NCBI GenBank assembly: GCA_028826165.1
Contig: JAPDFW010000077.1
Location: 1 to 64,000 of the forward strand
Direction of reading: 5' to 3'
Source: Anaeramoeba ignava BMAN
Taxonomy: Eukaryota > Protista > Anaeramoebae
DNA: 64,000 nt
This document shows positions 12,296 to 25,823 of this stretch, one piece after another (the stretch's first letter is position 1; the number at the start of each line of letters is the position of its first letter). The notes under the pieces were generated by a model, which had not been told where the DNA came from, did no database searches, and saw nothing but the letters and a program-made list of their open reading frames with translations. The translations under genes and the position numbers were made by a program.

Positions 12296-14489
12296 TTAAG
12301 TCCAAATTGCAACAACAGCCATAATTGTAAATCCAAAGAAAGAAAACATCATCTTTCTCATATTTTTAACTCCATCAAGAATATGAGTAAATTCAAAAGT
12401 TCCAGCATAAAGAAAAGTTCCACTAGAAAGAGCAATTAAAATAGAAGAAGCTAAAGGATCATGAAAATTATAAACAATAATTCCAACAGTAGTTCCAATA
12501 GGAGAAGCTAAACTATAAATGAACACATACATGACAACCAAGAATTTACTTTTTCTAAAAGCTCTAAAAATATTAATTCCAATTGCAAATCCTTCAATCG
12601 CTTTATGAGCAATGATTGCAATTGATATTGCAAGTGCTTCTCCAGTATTTTGAGTAATTCCAACAGCTAAACCTTCAAGAAATGCATGGAAACTAAGAGT
12701 AAGTGCAAGAATCATTGCAATCATTTTTGCAGTGAAAGTTCCATCTTCATCAAAAATAATTTCCATTTCTTCTTTTTCTTTTTCTTTTTCTTTTTCTTTT
12801 TCTTTTTCTTTTCTTTTGAATTTCAAATGGAATATTTTCATGATCATAATCTTCATCATCATGTCCTTTTGAATGATCTTCTGGATGATCTTCTGAGTGA
12901 CTATGTGGATGTGAATGAGTTAGATGTGAAAATCCATGTGCATGTGAATGTGGATGTGAATGTATATTTGGATGAGAATATTCTTTCTCATTTAAAGTGT
13001 GTGAATTTATAGGTTGATTTAAAATTTTGATTTTTTCTTCATCACTAATTCGAATTTTGGTTTCTTTTTCTTTTTCTTTTTCTTTTTCGTTATTATCTTT
13101 ATTTTCTTTTTCTTTTTCTTTTTCTTCCAATATTCTCTTAATTTGGATATCAATTTCTTCATCATCATCACTTTCTGTTCCATTTTCTGTTTCATTTTCA
13201 TAATCATTTTCATTTTCATAATCATTTTCATTTTGATTTTCATTTTGATTTTGATTTTGATTTTGATTTTGATTTTCATTTTGATTTTCATTTTGATTTT
13301 CATTTTGATTTTCATTTTGATTTTCATTTTGATTTTCTTTTTGATTTTGATTTTCATTTTCTTTTAAAATATCTTCAGACATGACTGATGATTCCGATTC
13401 TTGATTTTCAAGTTTTTGATAAGAAAAATTTGGAGATTTTTCTTCATCTAAAGAAAAATATTGATTTTTAGAAAATTAAATTTTTAAACTTTGATATCTA
13501 TTTATTTATTACCTTTTATTATAGTTTCTTGATCTTGATTTTTTTTATTTTTAATTTGTTTTTTGATTCTTTTCCTTTCTGATCTTCTTTTTAAAGCTGG
13601 TCCAACAACATTTTCAAGTAATAATGTAAATAAAAATCCAATACTACAAAATAATGGAGCAAGAGGATAACTATATCCTTTTTCATAAAGTTGTTCAGAA
13701 GCATCATTTAACATATGAATTAAAGAACCTCCAATAAAAACACCAGCTTTTATATCAAATAAAAATTTCAAAATTAAATTTAAATCAATTTTAAATCAAT
13801 ATTAAATCAATTTTAAATCAATTTTAAATCAATATTAAATCAATTTTAAATCAATTTTAAATCAATTTTAAATCAATTTTAAATCAATTTTAAATCAATT
13901 TTAAATCAATATTAAATCAATTTTAAATCAATTTTAAATCAATATTAAATCAATTTTAAATCAATTTTAAATCAATATTAAATCAATTTTAAATCAATTT
14001 TAAATCAATTTTATATCAATTTTAAATCAATTTTAAATCAATATTAAATCAATATTAAATCAATATTAAATCAATTTATTAAAATCAATATTAAATCAAT
14101 TTTAAATCAATTTTATATCAATATTAAATCAATTTTAAATCAATTTTAAATCAATATTAAATCAATATTAAATCAATTTTAAATCAATTTTAAATCAATT
14201 TTAAATCAATATTAAATCAATATTAAATCAATATTAAATCAATATTAAATCAATTTTAAATCAATATTAAATCAATTTTAAACCAATATTAAATCAATAT
14301 TAAATCAATTTTATATCAATATTAAATCAATTTTAAATCAAAAACAATGCAATTTTTAAATAAATATTTCTCAATATTAAATTGTTAAATTTGAAAGAGT
14401 TTGAAATCAATATGGAAAAGTCCTCCAATCATTGCAAGTGCAAATATTATAGACAAAGATAAACTTTTATTTGTTAATTTTAAATTCAT
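12296..14489 (-). CDS. ZIP (Zrt/Irt-like, SLC39) metal transporter, copy 1; exon 1 garbled and frameshift near 12815 (assembly error or pseudogene)
   Basis: Exon 2 is 13746-13513 and exon 3 is 13447-12296. TM4 LSFHAFLEGLAVG, TM5 AHKAIEG, His-rich loop. An exon-1 remnant FALAMIGGLF lies at about 14415-14489. Confidence 0.8.
13749..14340 (-). repeat. ZIP1 intron 1: 11-bp repeat (aaatcaat[t/a]tt)n
   Basis: Direct tandem repeat; the same unit fills intron 1 of ZIP2 (about 17280-17925) and ZIP3 (about 22250-23140). Confidence 0.9.
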
Positions 14490-14989
14490 ATTTAATAAAT
14501 TCTTTTTAAAATTTTTAAATAATTTTTAATTAATAATTTTTGATGAAATTAAAGTTAATTAAATTAAATTTTAAAGAAGAAAAAAAAATTTTTTAAATTA
14601 AAGTTTTAGAAATTTCTTTTATAATTTTGAATTGTACCAACTATTGTTATTTTTATGTTATTTTTATGTTATTTGTTGTTGTTTTATTTGTGTTGTTTTT
14701 TTATTGTTTTTTTTTTTAAACAAACAATATTTTGAAAGAAAAATTGATTTCAATTTAAAAATTTAAAAATTAAAAATTAAAAAGGAAAGAAAAAGAAAAA
14801 TTTTTGTTTATTGTTTTTATTTTAATTTTTAAAGTCATTTATTGAATCAATAAAAATATAATTAAAAAGGCTGGAAAAATTATTTTTAAATTTATTTTAA
14901 TAAAAATACTTTATTTTATTTCATTAAATTGTTTTTAAATTGAATTCTATTTCAATTTTTCTTATTAATTATTAATTTATCCCCTATTT

Positions 14990-15960
14990 CAAAAATTAAA
15001 TTATTTTAATTAAATTTATAAAAATAAGATCAAATAATCCATAAAATAAAATTTTTTATTTAATTTTAAATTAATAATTTTTAATGAAATTAAAAAATAA
15101 TTTATAAATTAATTTTTATTAATTTAAAAATATTTTTATTAAATTAATAATAAATTATTTTAATTAAATTTATAAAATAAGATCAAATAATAATCCAAAA
15201 TAAAAATTTTATTAAAAATTTTAGCAATTGTTTTAACTTAAACCAAAAAATAATTTATAAATCAATTTATTTCCAAATTAAAAATTTAAAAAAAAAATTT
15301 TTATTATTAAATTAAAATTTTTTAAATTATTTTAATTTTAAATTTATAAAATAAGATCAAATAACAATCCAAAATAGAAAATTTTAATTAAAAAATTAAA
15401 CAATAAATTTAACTTAAATTCAAAAATAATTTATAAATTGAATTCTATTTTATTTTTTTTTAAAAAATTTTTAATTTATTAAATTAAAAATTAAATTATT
15501 TTAATTAAATTTATAAAATAAGATCAAATAATAATCCAAAATAAAAATTTTAATTAAAAATTTAGCAATAAATTTAACTTAAATCCAAAAATAATTTATA
15601 AATTAATTTATTTTATTAAATTTAAAAATATTTTTATTATTAGTTAAATATTAAATTATTTTAATTAAATTTATAAAATAAGATCAAATAACAATCCAAA
15701 ATAGAAAATTTTAATTAAAAAATTTAGCAATAAATTTAACTTAAATCCAAAAATAATTTATAAATTAATTTATTTTATTAATTTTTAAAATATTTTTATT
15801 ATTAAATTAAAATTAAATTATTTTAAATTAAATTTATAAAATAAGATCAAATAATAATCCAAAATAAAAAATTTTAATTAAAAATTTAACAATAAATTTA
15901 ACTTAAATCCAAAAAATAATTTATAAATTAATTTTTTTATTAATTTTAAAAATATTTATT
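14990..15960. repeat. About 165-bp minisatellite, 6 copies, between ZIP2 3' end and ZIP1 start
   Basis: The anchor aagatcaaataa recurs at about 15026, 15179, 15353, 15520, 15680 and 15843. Confidence 0.85.
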
Positions 15961-16013
15961 TGAATTTCCAAATTGAAAAAGCAATTTTTTTTGTTTTTAT
16001 TTTTATATAAAAA

Positions 16014-18064
16014 TTAAGTCCAAATTGCAACAACAGCCATAATTGTAAATCCAAAGAAAGAAAACATCATCTTTCTTCCATTTTTAATTCCATCAAGAAT
16101 ATGAGTAAATTCAAAAGTTCCAGCATAAAGAAAAGTTCCACTAGCAAGAGCAATTAAAATAGAAGAAGCTAAAGGATCATGAAAATTATAAACAATAATT
16201 CCAACAATAGTTCCAATAGGAGAAGCTAAACTAAAAATGAAAACATAAAGAACAACTAAGAATTTACTTTTTCGATAAGCTCTAAAAAGATTAATTCCAA
16301 TTGCAAATCCTTCCATTACTTCATGAGCAATGATTGCAATTGATATTGCAAGTGCTTCTCTTGTATCTTGTGAAATTCCAACAGCTAAACCTTCAAGAAA
16401 TGCATGGAAACTAAGAGTAAGTGCAAGAATCATTGCAATCATTTTTGCAGTGAAAGATCCTTCTTCAATGATCCCAAGTGCTCCTTTTGTATGTGAATGA
16501 TCATGATGATCGTCATCTTCTTTTTGATTTTCTTTTTGGTCTTCTTGTTGATCTTCTTTTTTATCATCAATTTCATTTAAATCAGAAGATTTTGAATTTT
16601 TTGATGATTGTGAATTAATTGAGTCTGAGAGAATCTTTATTTTAAAATCATCCTCATCTGGATTATGAAATTCACTTTCAGTTACTGTTTCAAATTCATT
16701 TTCTGTTATATTTTGATTTTGATTTTGATTTTGATTTTGATTTTGATTTTGATTTTGATTTTGATTTTGATTTTGATTTTGATTTTGATTTTGGTTTTGA
16801 TTTTGATTTTGATTTTGATTTTGATTTTGTGGAAGATATTGTTGGAGATCTTTATCTTGTTTTACAAAATCTTCTAAATCGATCCATGATTCCGATTCTT
16901 TATTTTTAATTTTTTGATAAGAAAAATTTGGAGATTTTTCTTCATCTAAAGAAAAATATTGATTTTTAGAAAATTAAATTTTTAAACTTTGATATTTATT
17001 TATTTATTACCTTTTATTATAGTTTCTTGATCTTGATTTTTTTTATTTTTAATTTGTTTTTTGATTCTTTTTCTTTCTGATCTTCTTTTTAAAGCTGGTC
17101 CAACAACATTTTCAAGTAATAATGTAAATAAAAATCCAATACTACAAAATAAAAAAGCAAGAGGATAACTATATCCTTTTTCATAAAGTTGTTCAGAAGC
17201 ATCATTTAACATATGAATTAAAGAACCTCCAATAAAAACACCAGCTTTTATATCAAATAAAAATTTCAAAATAAATTTAAATTTAAATCAATATTAAATC
17301 AATTTTAAATCAATATTAAATCAATTTTAAATCAATATTAAATCAATTTTAAATCAATTTTAAATCAATATTAAATCAATTTTAAATCAATTTTAAATCA
17401 ATTTTAAATCAATTTTAAATCAATTTTAAATCAATTTTAAATCAATATTAAATCAATTTTAAATCAATTTTAAATCAATATTAAATCAATTTTAAATCAA
17501 TTTTAAATCAATTTTAAATCAATATTAAATCAATTTTAAATCAATATTAAATCAATTTTAAATCAATATTAAATAAATATTAAATCAATTAAAAATCAAT
17601 TTTAAATCAAATTAAATCAATTTTAAATCAATTTTAAATCAATTTTAAATCAATTTTAAAAATTTTAAATCAATTTTAAATCAATTTTATTAAATCAATT
17701 TTAAATCAATTTTAAATCAATATTAAATCAATTTTAAATCAATTTTAAATCAATATTAAATCAATTTTAAATCAATTTTAAATCAATTTTAAATCAATTT
17801 TAAATCAATTTTAAATCAATATTAAATCAATATTAAATCAATTTTAAATCAATATTAAATCAATTTTAAATCAATTTTAAATCAATATTAAATAAATATT
17901 AAATCAATATTAAATCAGTTTTATATCAAACCAGCTATTGCTTCTCCATATTGTATTTTGGTTTCTGAAGACTTTGAAATTGCATAAGGAAAAAGTCCTC
18001 CAATCATTGCAAGTGCAAATATTATAAGTAACGATACAACTTTTATTGTTAAAAGAGCGTTCAT
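16014..18064 (-). CDS. ZIP metal transporter, copy 2 (intact, 3 exons)
   Basis: Exons 18064-17932, 17244-17011 and 16945-16014 are in phase. TM4 HAFLEG, TM5 HEVMEG; the loop has an (NQ)n tract and few His. Confidence 0.9.
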
Positions 18065-18169
18065 ATTAACTATGGTTCTTTTTTTGGATTTTATTTTGAA
18101 TTGAATTTTAATTTGAATTGAATTTGAATTTGATTTTATTTTGATTTTGTTTTTAAATTTGATTTTGTT

Positions 18170-19133
18170 TTGGATTCTCCAAAATAGTTTAGGATTAGTT
18201 GGAAAGTTATTAAGGAAAATTAAAATTATTAATTGTAATTAATATTTATTTCTTTTTTGAATAAATCAAAGAGTATTAAAATAAATTGAATTGATGAATT
18301 TTGATTTATGAGGGGGTTTTTTAATTTTAAAAATATTTTTTTTTTTGCTTTTTTATTTTTTGTAATTTTAATAATGAGTTGATTAAATTTGTTATTGAAT
18401 AAATATGAAAATTGTTAATTAATTTTGATTTTGATTTCTTTTCAATTTACTTTAAAAATAAAAATGAAAAATGAAAAAAAAAAATTATTCACTTTTTTGG
18501 AAAGGAAAAAAAATTTTTTCTTTTTGATTAAAATTAAAATTAAAAATTAAAAACAAAAACAAATTTAAAATCTTGCAAGATCAAATAAAACTATATAAAT
18601 TTTTATTGAAAAACCAACTCATCAATGCAAACTTTTTGGATTTAAAATTAATTTAAATTTTAAATTTTTATTAATTTAATTTAAATTAAAATTGAATTTG
18701 ATTTAATTTTTTTTGGATTCTCCAAAATAAAAATTAGTTGGAAAGTTTTAGGAAAAATTAAAATGATTAATTGTAATTAATATTTATTTCTTTTTGAATA
18801 AATCAAAGATTTATTAAAATAAATTGAATTTATTTTTGATTTAAGGGGGTTTTTAATTTAAAAATATTTTTGCTTTTTATTTTTTAATTTTAATAATGAG
18901 TTGATTTGATTTATTGAATAAATATGGAAATTTAATTTTTGATTTTGATTTCTTTTTCAATTTACTTTAAATTTAAATGAAAAATGAAAAATTATTTAGA
19001 TTTTGGAAAGGAAAAATTTTTCTTTTTGATTAAAATTAAAAATTAAAAACAAAAACAAATTTAAAATCTTTAAGATCAAATAAAACTATATAAATTTTTA
19101 TTGAAAAAAAAAACCAACTCATCAATGCAAACT
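18170..19133. repeat. Degenerate direct duplication of about 450 bp upstream of ZIP2
   Basis: ggattctccaaaata...ggggttt...caactcatcaatgcaaact occurs at about 18172-18634 and about 18715-19133. Confidence 0.8.
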
Positions 19134-19269
19134 AATCGGAAAAATTCTTTTAAAATTAATTATTTTTTAATTAGTTATTTTTGTTGAATAATTAATTTAA
19201 AACAAAAAAGAAAAGATCTAAAAAAAAAAATTTTTTCTTGATCAAAAATTCTTTTATCCACCTTTTAAA

Positions 19270-19660
19270 GATTTATTTAAAGATTTGATTAGATTTAATA
19301 AAGATTTGATTTAGATTTAATTTAATTTAATTTAGATTTAATAAAGATTTGATTTAATTTAATTTAATTTAATTTTGATTTAATTTGATTTTGATTTAGA
19401 TTTAATTTAGATTTGATTTAATTTGATTTTGATTTAATAAAGATTTAGATTTAATTTAATAAAGATTTGATTTAATTTTGATTTAATTTAATAAAGATTT
19501 GATTTAGATTTAATTTGATTTAGATTTAATAAAGATTTGATTTTGATTTAATTTAATTTGATTTAGATTTGATTTTGATTTAATTTAATTTGATTTAGAT
19601 TTGATTTTGATTTAATTTAATAAAGATTTGATTTAATAAAGATTTAATTTAATTTGATTA
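19270..19660. repeat. Degenerate 5-6 bp satellite (gattta/gattt/tttaa with aataaag)
   Basis: Visible tandem array upstream of the ATG at 19763. Confidence 0.75.
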
Positions 19661-19762
19661 AAATCAATGTCAAAATAAATTTAAATTGTTTTTTTTTTTT
19701 GAAAATATTTTTTTCATTTTTTTCTTCTTTTTGAAAAATTAAAAAATTTATCAAATAATTAA

Positions 19763-20701
19763 ATGGAACAAAATTCAGAAAATGAACAACAATTTTCAAT
19801 TGCAAAATCAATTTTAGAAATTGTTAATTATGATGATGATTTAGAAATTAAAAAAATAATAGAAGAAACAAAACAAAAAGAAATTGAAAGAAATAAATAC
19901 AGATCATTTATTTATTCTCTTAATAATAAATTTGATGAATTACTTCAAATAAAATCCCAAAAAATTGAAGAAAATGAAAATTTTTGTGATATTTTCTATC
20001 CAATTATTGAAGAAAAATTGAAAAAAATGGAAGAATTTCCAATAAAAATTTCAAGTCAAAATCAAGAAATTGAAAATCAAAATCGCAAAAAAAATTTGTT
20101 ATTAGAATTGGAAAATAAAATGGAAAATGAATTTGCAGAACAAGAAAAACAAAAAGAAAATTTAATTTCGGAAATTTTAATTATTAAAAACAATATTATT
20201 GAAAAAGAAATTTTATTGAATCAAAAAGAAAAGGAACTTGAAGAATTAGAAACTAATATTAAAGAATTTGAAAATGAATCAATTATCTCAGAAATTAATC
20301 AAGTTGAAACTGAAACTCGTAGATTTCTTCGTTTAAAAGAACAAAGTGATAGTTTTCAAAATCTTAATTCAGATCTTATTAAAAAAATTCAAAAACTAAA
20401 TCAGGAAGAAATTGATTTAAGACATAAAAAAAATCAGATTATAAAAATTGAAAAAAAAATTAAAGAATTTTTACAACAAAGAGGGAAACTTGAAATTGAA
20501 AATGATTTATTAGATTTAAAAATTGCAGAAATGAGAATACAACAAAATGAATTTGAAAAAGAAAAAGAAAATGAATTAGAAAATCAAAATCAAATTGAAA
20601 TTGAAATTGAAAATGGAATTGAAAATGGAATTGAAAATGAAATTGAAAATGAAATTGAAAATCAAAATAAAAATCAAAATCAAAATCAAAATCAAAATTA
20701 A
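19763..20701 (+). CDS. Coiled-coil protein of unknown function; C-terminus uncertain
   Basis: 312-aa E/K/Q-rich heptad-like ORF ending inside an (NQ)n repeat; it interrupts the ZIP cluster. Confidence 0.7.
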   Translation: MEQNSENEQQFSIAKSILEIVNYDDDLEIKKIIEETKQKEIERNKYRSFIYSLNNKFDELLQIKSQKIEENENFCDIFYPIIEEKLKKMEEFPIKISSQNQEIENQNRKKNLLLELENKMENEFAEQEKQKENLISEILIIKNNIIEKEILLNQKEKELEELETNIKEFENESIISEINQVETETRRFLRLKEQSDSFQNLNSDLIKKIQKLNQEEIDLRHKKNQIIKIEKKIKEFLQQRGKLEIENDLLDLKIAEMRIQQNEFEKEKENELENQNQIEIEIENGIENGIENEIENEIENQNKNQNQNQNQN

Positions 20702-21086
20702 AATTAAAATTAAAATCAAAATTAAAATCAAAATCAAAATAAAAATCAAAATCAAATTCAAAATTAAAATAAAAATCAAAATTAAAATCAAAATTAAAAT
20801 CAAAATCAAAATCAAAATCAAAATCAAAATCAAAATCAAAATAAAAATAAAAATTAAAATTAAAATAAAAATCAAAATAAAAATTAAAATAAAAATAAAA
20901 ATTTAGAATTAAAATTGATGTTAAAGAGAAAAAGAATTTATTGATTTTTTTGTTAAAGAAAAAAAATCAAAATCAGTTTGAATGAAGAAAAAAGAAGATG
21001 AATTGAAGAAATTTTTGAGTTTTTGAAAACTTTTTGAAGAAGAAAAAAGAAAAAAGAAAAAAGAAAATTATTTTGATTTTGGGAAA

Positions 21087-23275
21087 TTAAGTCCAAATTG
21101 CAACAACAGCCATAATTGTAAATCCAAAGAAAGAAAACATCATCTTTCTCATATTCTTAAAACCATCAAGAATATGATTGTATTCAAAAGTACCAGCATA
21201 AAGAAAAGTTCCACTAGCAAGAGCAATTAAAATAGCAGAAGCTAAAGGATTTTGGAAATTATAAACAATAATTCCAACAATAGTTCCAATAGGAGAAGCT
21301 AAACTAAAAATGAAAACATAAAGAACAACCAAGAATTTACTTTTTCGATAAGCTCTAAAAAGACTAATTCCAATTGCAAATCCTTCAATCGCTTTATGAG
21401 CAATAATTGCAATTGATATTGCAAGTGCTTCTCCAGTATCTTGTGAAATTCCAACAGCTAAACCTTCAAGAAATGCATGGAAACTAAGAGTAAGTGCAAG
21501 AATCATTGCAATCATTTTTGCAGTGAAAGTTCCTTCTTCAATGATTTCAAGTGTTTCTTTCATATGTGAATGATCATGAGTATGTCCATCTCCATGACTA
21601 TGTGGATGTGAATGTGGATGTGAATGTGAATGTGAATGTGAATGTGATTCTTCTTGTAAATGTTCTTGTGTGTGATCATCTTCATCGTGTGGATGTGAGT
21701 GATCATGATGTGAAAATCCATGTGCATGTGAATGTGATTGTTTTTCTGTTGTTTCACTATTGATTGATGTTTGTAGAATCTTGATTGTTTCATCTGTTTC
21801 TTTTTCTTCTTTTTGATCCTTTTCTTCTTTTTGATCTTTGTCATCAGAATCAAGTGATAATTCTGCTTCTTGATCTTCAAAATTCTCATCCAATTTTGGA
21901 TCTTTTGATTTGTTTTAATTTAAAAGAAAAAATTTTTTGTTCTCAATTTTATTTTTATTTTTATTTTTATTTTTATTTTTAATTACCTTTGATTAAAACT
22001 TCTTTTTCTCCATTACTTTTTTCTTCAAGTAATTTTTGATCTCTTTTTCTTTCTGATCTTCTTTTTAAAGCTGGTCCAACAACATTTTCAAGTAATAATG
22101 TTAATAAAAATCCAATACTACAAAATAATGGAGCAAGAGGATAACTATATCCTTTATGATAAAGTTGTTCAGTAGCATCATTTAACATATGAATTAAAGC
22201 TCCTCCAATAAAAACACCAGCTTTTATATCAAATAAAAATTTCGAATTGAATTTAAATCAATTTTAAATCAATATTAAATCAATTTTAAATCAATATTAA
22301 ATCAATTTTATATCAATTTTAAATCAATATTAAATCAATATTAAATCAATTTTAAATCAATATTAAATCAATATTAAATCAATTTTAAATCAATATTAAA
22401 TCAATATTAAATCAATTTTAAATCAATTTTATATCAATATTAAATCAATTTTAAATCAATATTAAATCAATATTAAATCAATTTTAAATCAATATTATAT
22501 CAATTTTAAATCAATATTAAATCAATATTAAATCAATTTTAAATCAATTTTATATCAATATTAAATCAATATTAAATAAATTTTAAATCAATATTAAATC
22601 AATTTTAAATCAATTTTATATCAATATTTAATCAATTTTAAATAATTTTAAATCAATTTTAAATCAATATTAAATCAATATTAAATCAATATTAAATCAA
22701 TATTATATCAATTTTATATCAATATTAAATCAATTTTAAATCAATATTAAATCAATTTTAAATCAATTTTAAATCAATATTAAATCAATTTTAAATCAAT
22801 TTTAAATCAATATTAAATCAATTTTAAATCAATATTAAATCAATATTAAATCAATTTTAAATCAATTTTATATCAATTTTAAATCAATATTAAATCAATT
22901 TTAAATCAATTTTAAATCAATTTTAAATCAATATTAAATCAATATTAAATAAATTTTAAATCAATATTAAATAAATTTTAAATAAATTTTAAATCAATAT
23001 TAAATCAATATTAAATCAATTTTAAATCAATATTAAATCAATTTTAAATCAATTTTAAATCAATATTAAATAAATTTTAAATCAATATTAAATCAATATT
23101 AAATCAATATTAAATAATTTTTAAATCAATATTAAATCAAACCAGCTAATGCTTCTCCACATTGCATTGTTAAATTTGAAGACTTTGAAATTGCATAAGG
23201 AAAAAGTCCTCCAATCATTGCAAGTGCAAAGATTATAAACAAAGATACAACTTTAATTGTTAAAAGAACGTTCAT
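21087..23275 (-). CDS. ZIP metal transporter, copy 3 (intact, 3 exons)
   Basis: Exons 23275-23143, 22220-21987 and 21901-21087. TM4 HAFLEG, TM5 HKAIEG, long (HS)n loop. Confidence 0.92.
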
Positions 23276-23319
23276 ACTAACTAGATTTCTTTATATTTTC
23301 CAAAAATATTTATTAAATT

Positions 23320-25230
23320 TAAGATATTTAGATATTTAGATATTATTTAGATATTATTTAGATATTATTTAGATATTTAGATATTTAAATATTATTTAGA
23401 TATTATTTAGATATTTAGATATTTAGATATTTAGATATTTAGATATTTAGATATTATTTAGATATTTAAATATTATTTAGATATTATTTAGATATTTAGA
23501 TATTATTTAGATATTTAGATATTATTTAGATATTTAGATATTATTTAGATATTTAGATATTATTTAGATATTATTTAGATATTTAGATATTATTTAGATA
23601 TTTAGATATTATTTAGATATTTTTAGATATTATTTTAGATATTTTAGATATTATTTAGATATTATTTAGATATTATTTAGATATTATTTAGATATTTAGA
23701 TATTATTTAGATATTATTTAGATATATTTGAATATTATTTAGATATTTAGATATTATTTAGATATTATTTTTGATATTATTTTAGATATTTTCAGATATT
23801 TTATGTTTTTAGATATTTTAGATATTATTTTTAGATATATTTAAATTTTAGATATTTCAAATATTATTAAATATTATTTAGATATTTATTTAGATATTAT
23901 TTCAAAATATTTTAAATATTATTTAGATATTTTAGATATTATTTAGATATTTAGATATTTAGATATTATTTAGATATTTAGATATTTAGATATTATTTAG
24001 ATATTTTAGATATTATTTAGATATTTAGATATTATTTAGATATTTAGATATTATTTAAGATATTATTTTAGATATTTGAGATATTTAGACATTTGAGATA
24101 TTTAGATATTTTAGAAATGAAATAATTATTTAGATATTTAGATATTTAGATATTATTTAGATATTATTTAGATATTTAGATATTTATTATTTAGATATTT
24201 AGATATTTAGATATTATTTAGATATTATTTAGATATTATTTAGATATTTAGATATTTAGATATTATTTAGATATTTAGATATTTAGATATTATTTAGATA
24301 TTTAGATATTTTAGATATTTAAATATTATTTAGATATTATTTTAGATATTTAAATATTATTTAGATATTATTTAGATATTATTTAGATATTTAAATATTA
24401 TTTAGATATTTATTATTTAGATAATATTTGAATTTAGATAGATATTTGAATATTTAGAATATTATTTAGATATTTTAGATATAGATATTATTTGAATGAC
24501 ATATTTAGATATTTATTTAGATATTTAGATATTTTTTTAAATATTTAGATATTTTTAGATATTTAGATATTATTTAGATATTTAGATATTTAGATATTTA
24601 GATATTTAGATATTTAGATATTTAGATATTTAAATATTATTTAGATATTTTAGATATTATTTAGATATTATTTAGATATTATTTAGATATTTAGATATTT
24701 AGATATTTGAATTTTAGATATTTTAGATATTTATTTAAATATTTAGATATTTAGATATTTTTGATATATTTAGATATTATTTAGATATTATTTAGATATT
24801 TAAATATTTATTTAGATATTATTTATTTAGATATTTTAGATATTTTTTTAGATATTTAGATATTTAGATATTATTTAGATATTTAGATATTTAGAGATAT
24901 TTGAATATTTTATTATTTAGATATTTAGATATTTATTTATTTAGATATTTTAGATATTTTAGATATTATTTAAAATTTAGATATTTAAAATATTTAGATA
25001 TTTAGATATTATTTAGATATTATTTAGATATTTAGATATTATTTAGAATATTTAGATATTTAGATATTTAGATATTTAGATATTTAGATATTATTTAGAT
25101 ATTTAAATATTATTTAGATATTATTTAGATATTTAGATATTATTTAGATATTTAGATATTATTTAGATATTTAGATATTTAAATATTATTTAAATATTAT
25201 TTAGATATTATTTAGATATTATTTAGATAT
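23320..25230. repeat. About 1.9-kb satellite of TTTAGATAT / TTTAGATATTAT (9/12-bp) units
   Basis: Continuous tandem array immediately upstream of ZIP3. Confidence 0.92.
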
Positions 25231-25823
25231 TTTGGTTATTTGAATGTCGTAAATTATTTTAATTGAAATTTTAATTGAAATTTTAATTGAAATTTTATTT
25301 TAGATTTAGATTTAGATTTGATTAAATGGGAAATGTGATCTAAATAAGAAAATTAATTAAAATCAAATTTTAAATTAAAATTGAATAAATCAAAATAAAA
25401 GCAAAAATTTAAAAATTCAAATAAAAATTTAAATAAAAATTTAAATAAAATTGCTGATTGGATTTTTCAAAAAAATATTTAAATTTAAGAATAAAGAACA
25501 AAATAAAATAAAAGAGAAAAGAATACCAATAACTAAAAGGGTGTAATTTTAAAAAAAAAAAAAGAAAATTGGTTTATCAACTTTTTTTTTTGTTAGACAA
25601 GAAAAAAAATAAAAAAAAAAATTTTTTTAATTTAATTATTAAAAAAAAAAAAAGAATTTAAACGTGGAAAAAAATTTTAATTTTAAAAAATTAAAAAGAA
25701 GAAAAGAAAATTAATTTTTTTTTTTTGGTTTTTTAATTTTAAAAAAAAAAAGATTAAGAATGTAAAAGAAAAAGAAAAAAAAGAAAAAAAAGAAAAAAAT
25801 TAAAAGAAAAAATTACTTCAATT

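Noticed and set aside
14341-14489. ZIP1 as a definite pseudogene
   Set aside because: The damage is confined to sequence next to a satellite and to a homopolymer repeat, while the TM exons are intact. It cannot be distinguished from poor consensus without reads.
14990-15960. CRISPR-like regular repeats (also 62470-64000)
   Set aside because: Whole units repeat with no unique spacers, there are no cas genes, and the context is eukaryotic.
20699-20945. TAA interspersed with CAA in an (NQ)n frame, suggesting TAA=Gln recoding
   Set aside because: Most genes here end in TAA and no conserved domain contains in-frame TAA/TAG. More likely a 3' flank repeat or consensus error.
23320-25230. Telomere-like TTTAG array
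   Set aside because: Lacks G-runs, is internal, and is flanked by ordinary genes.
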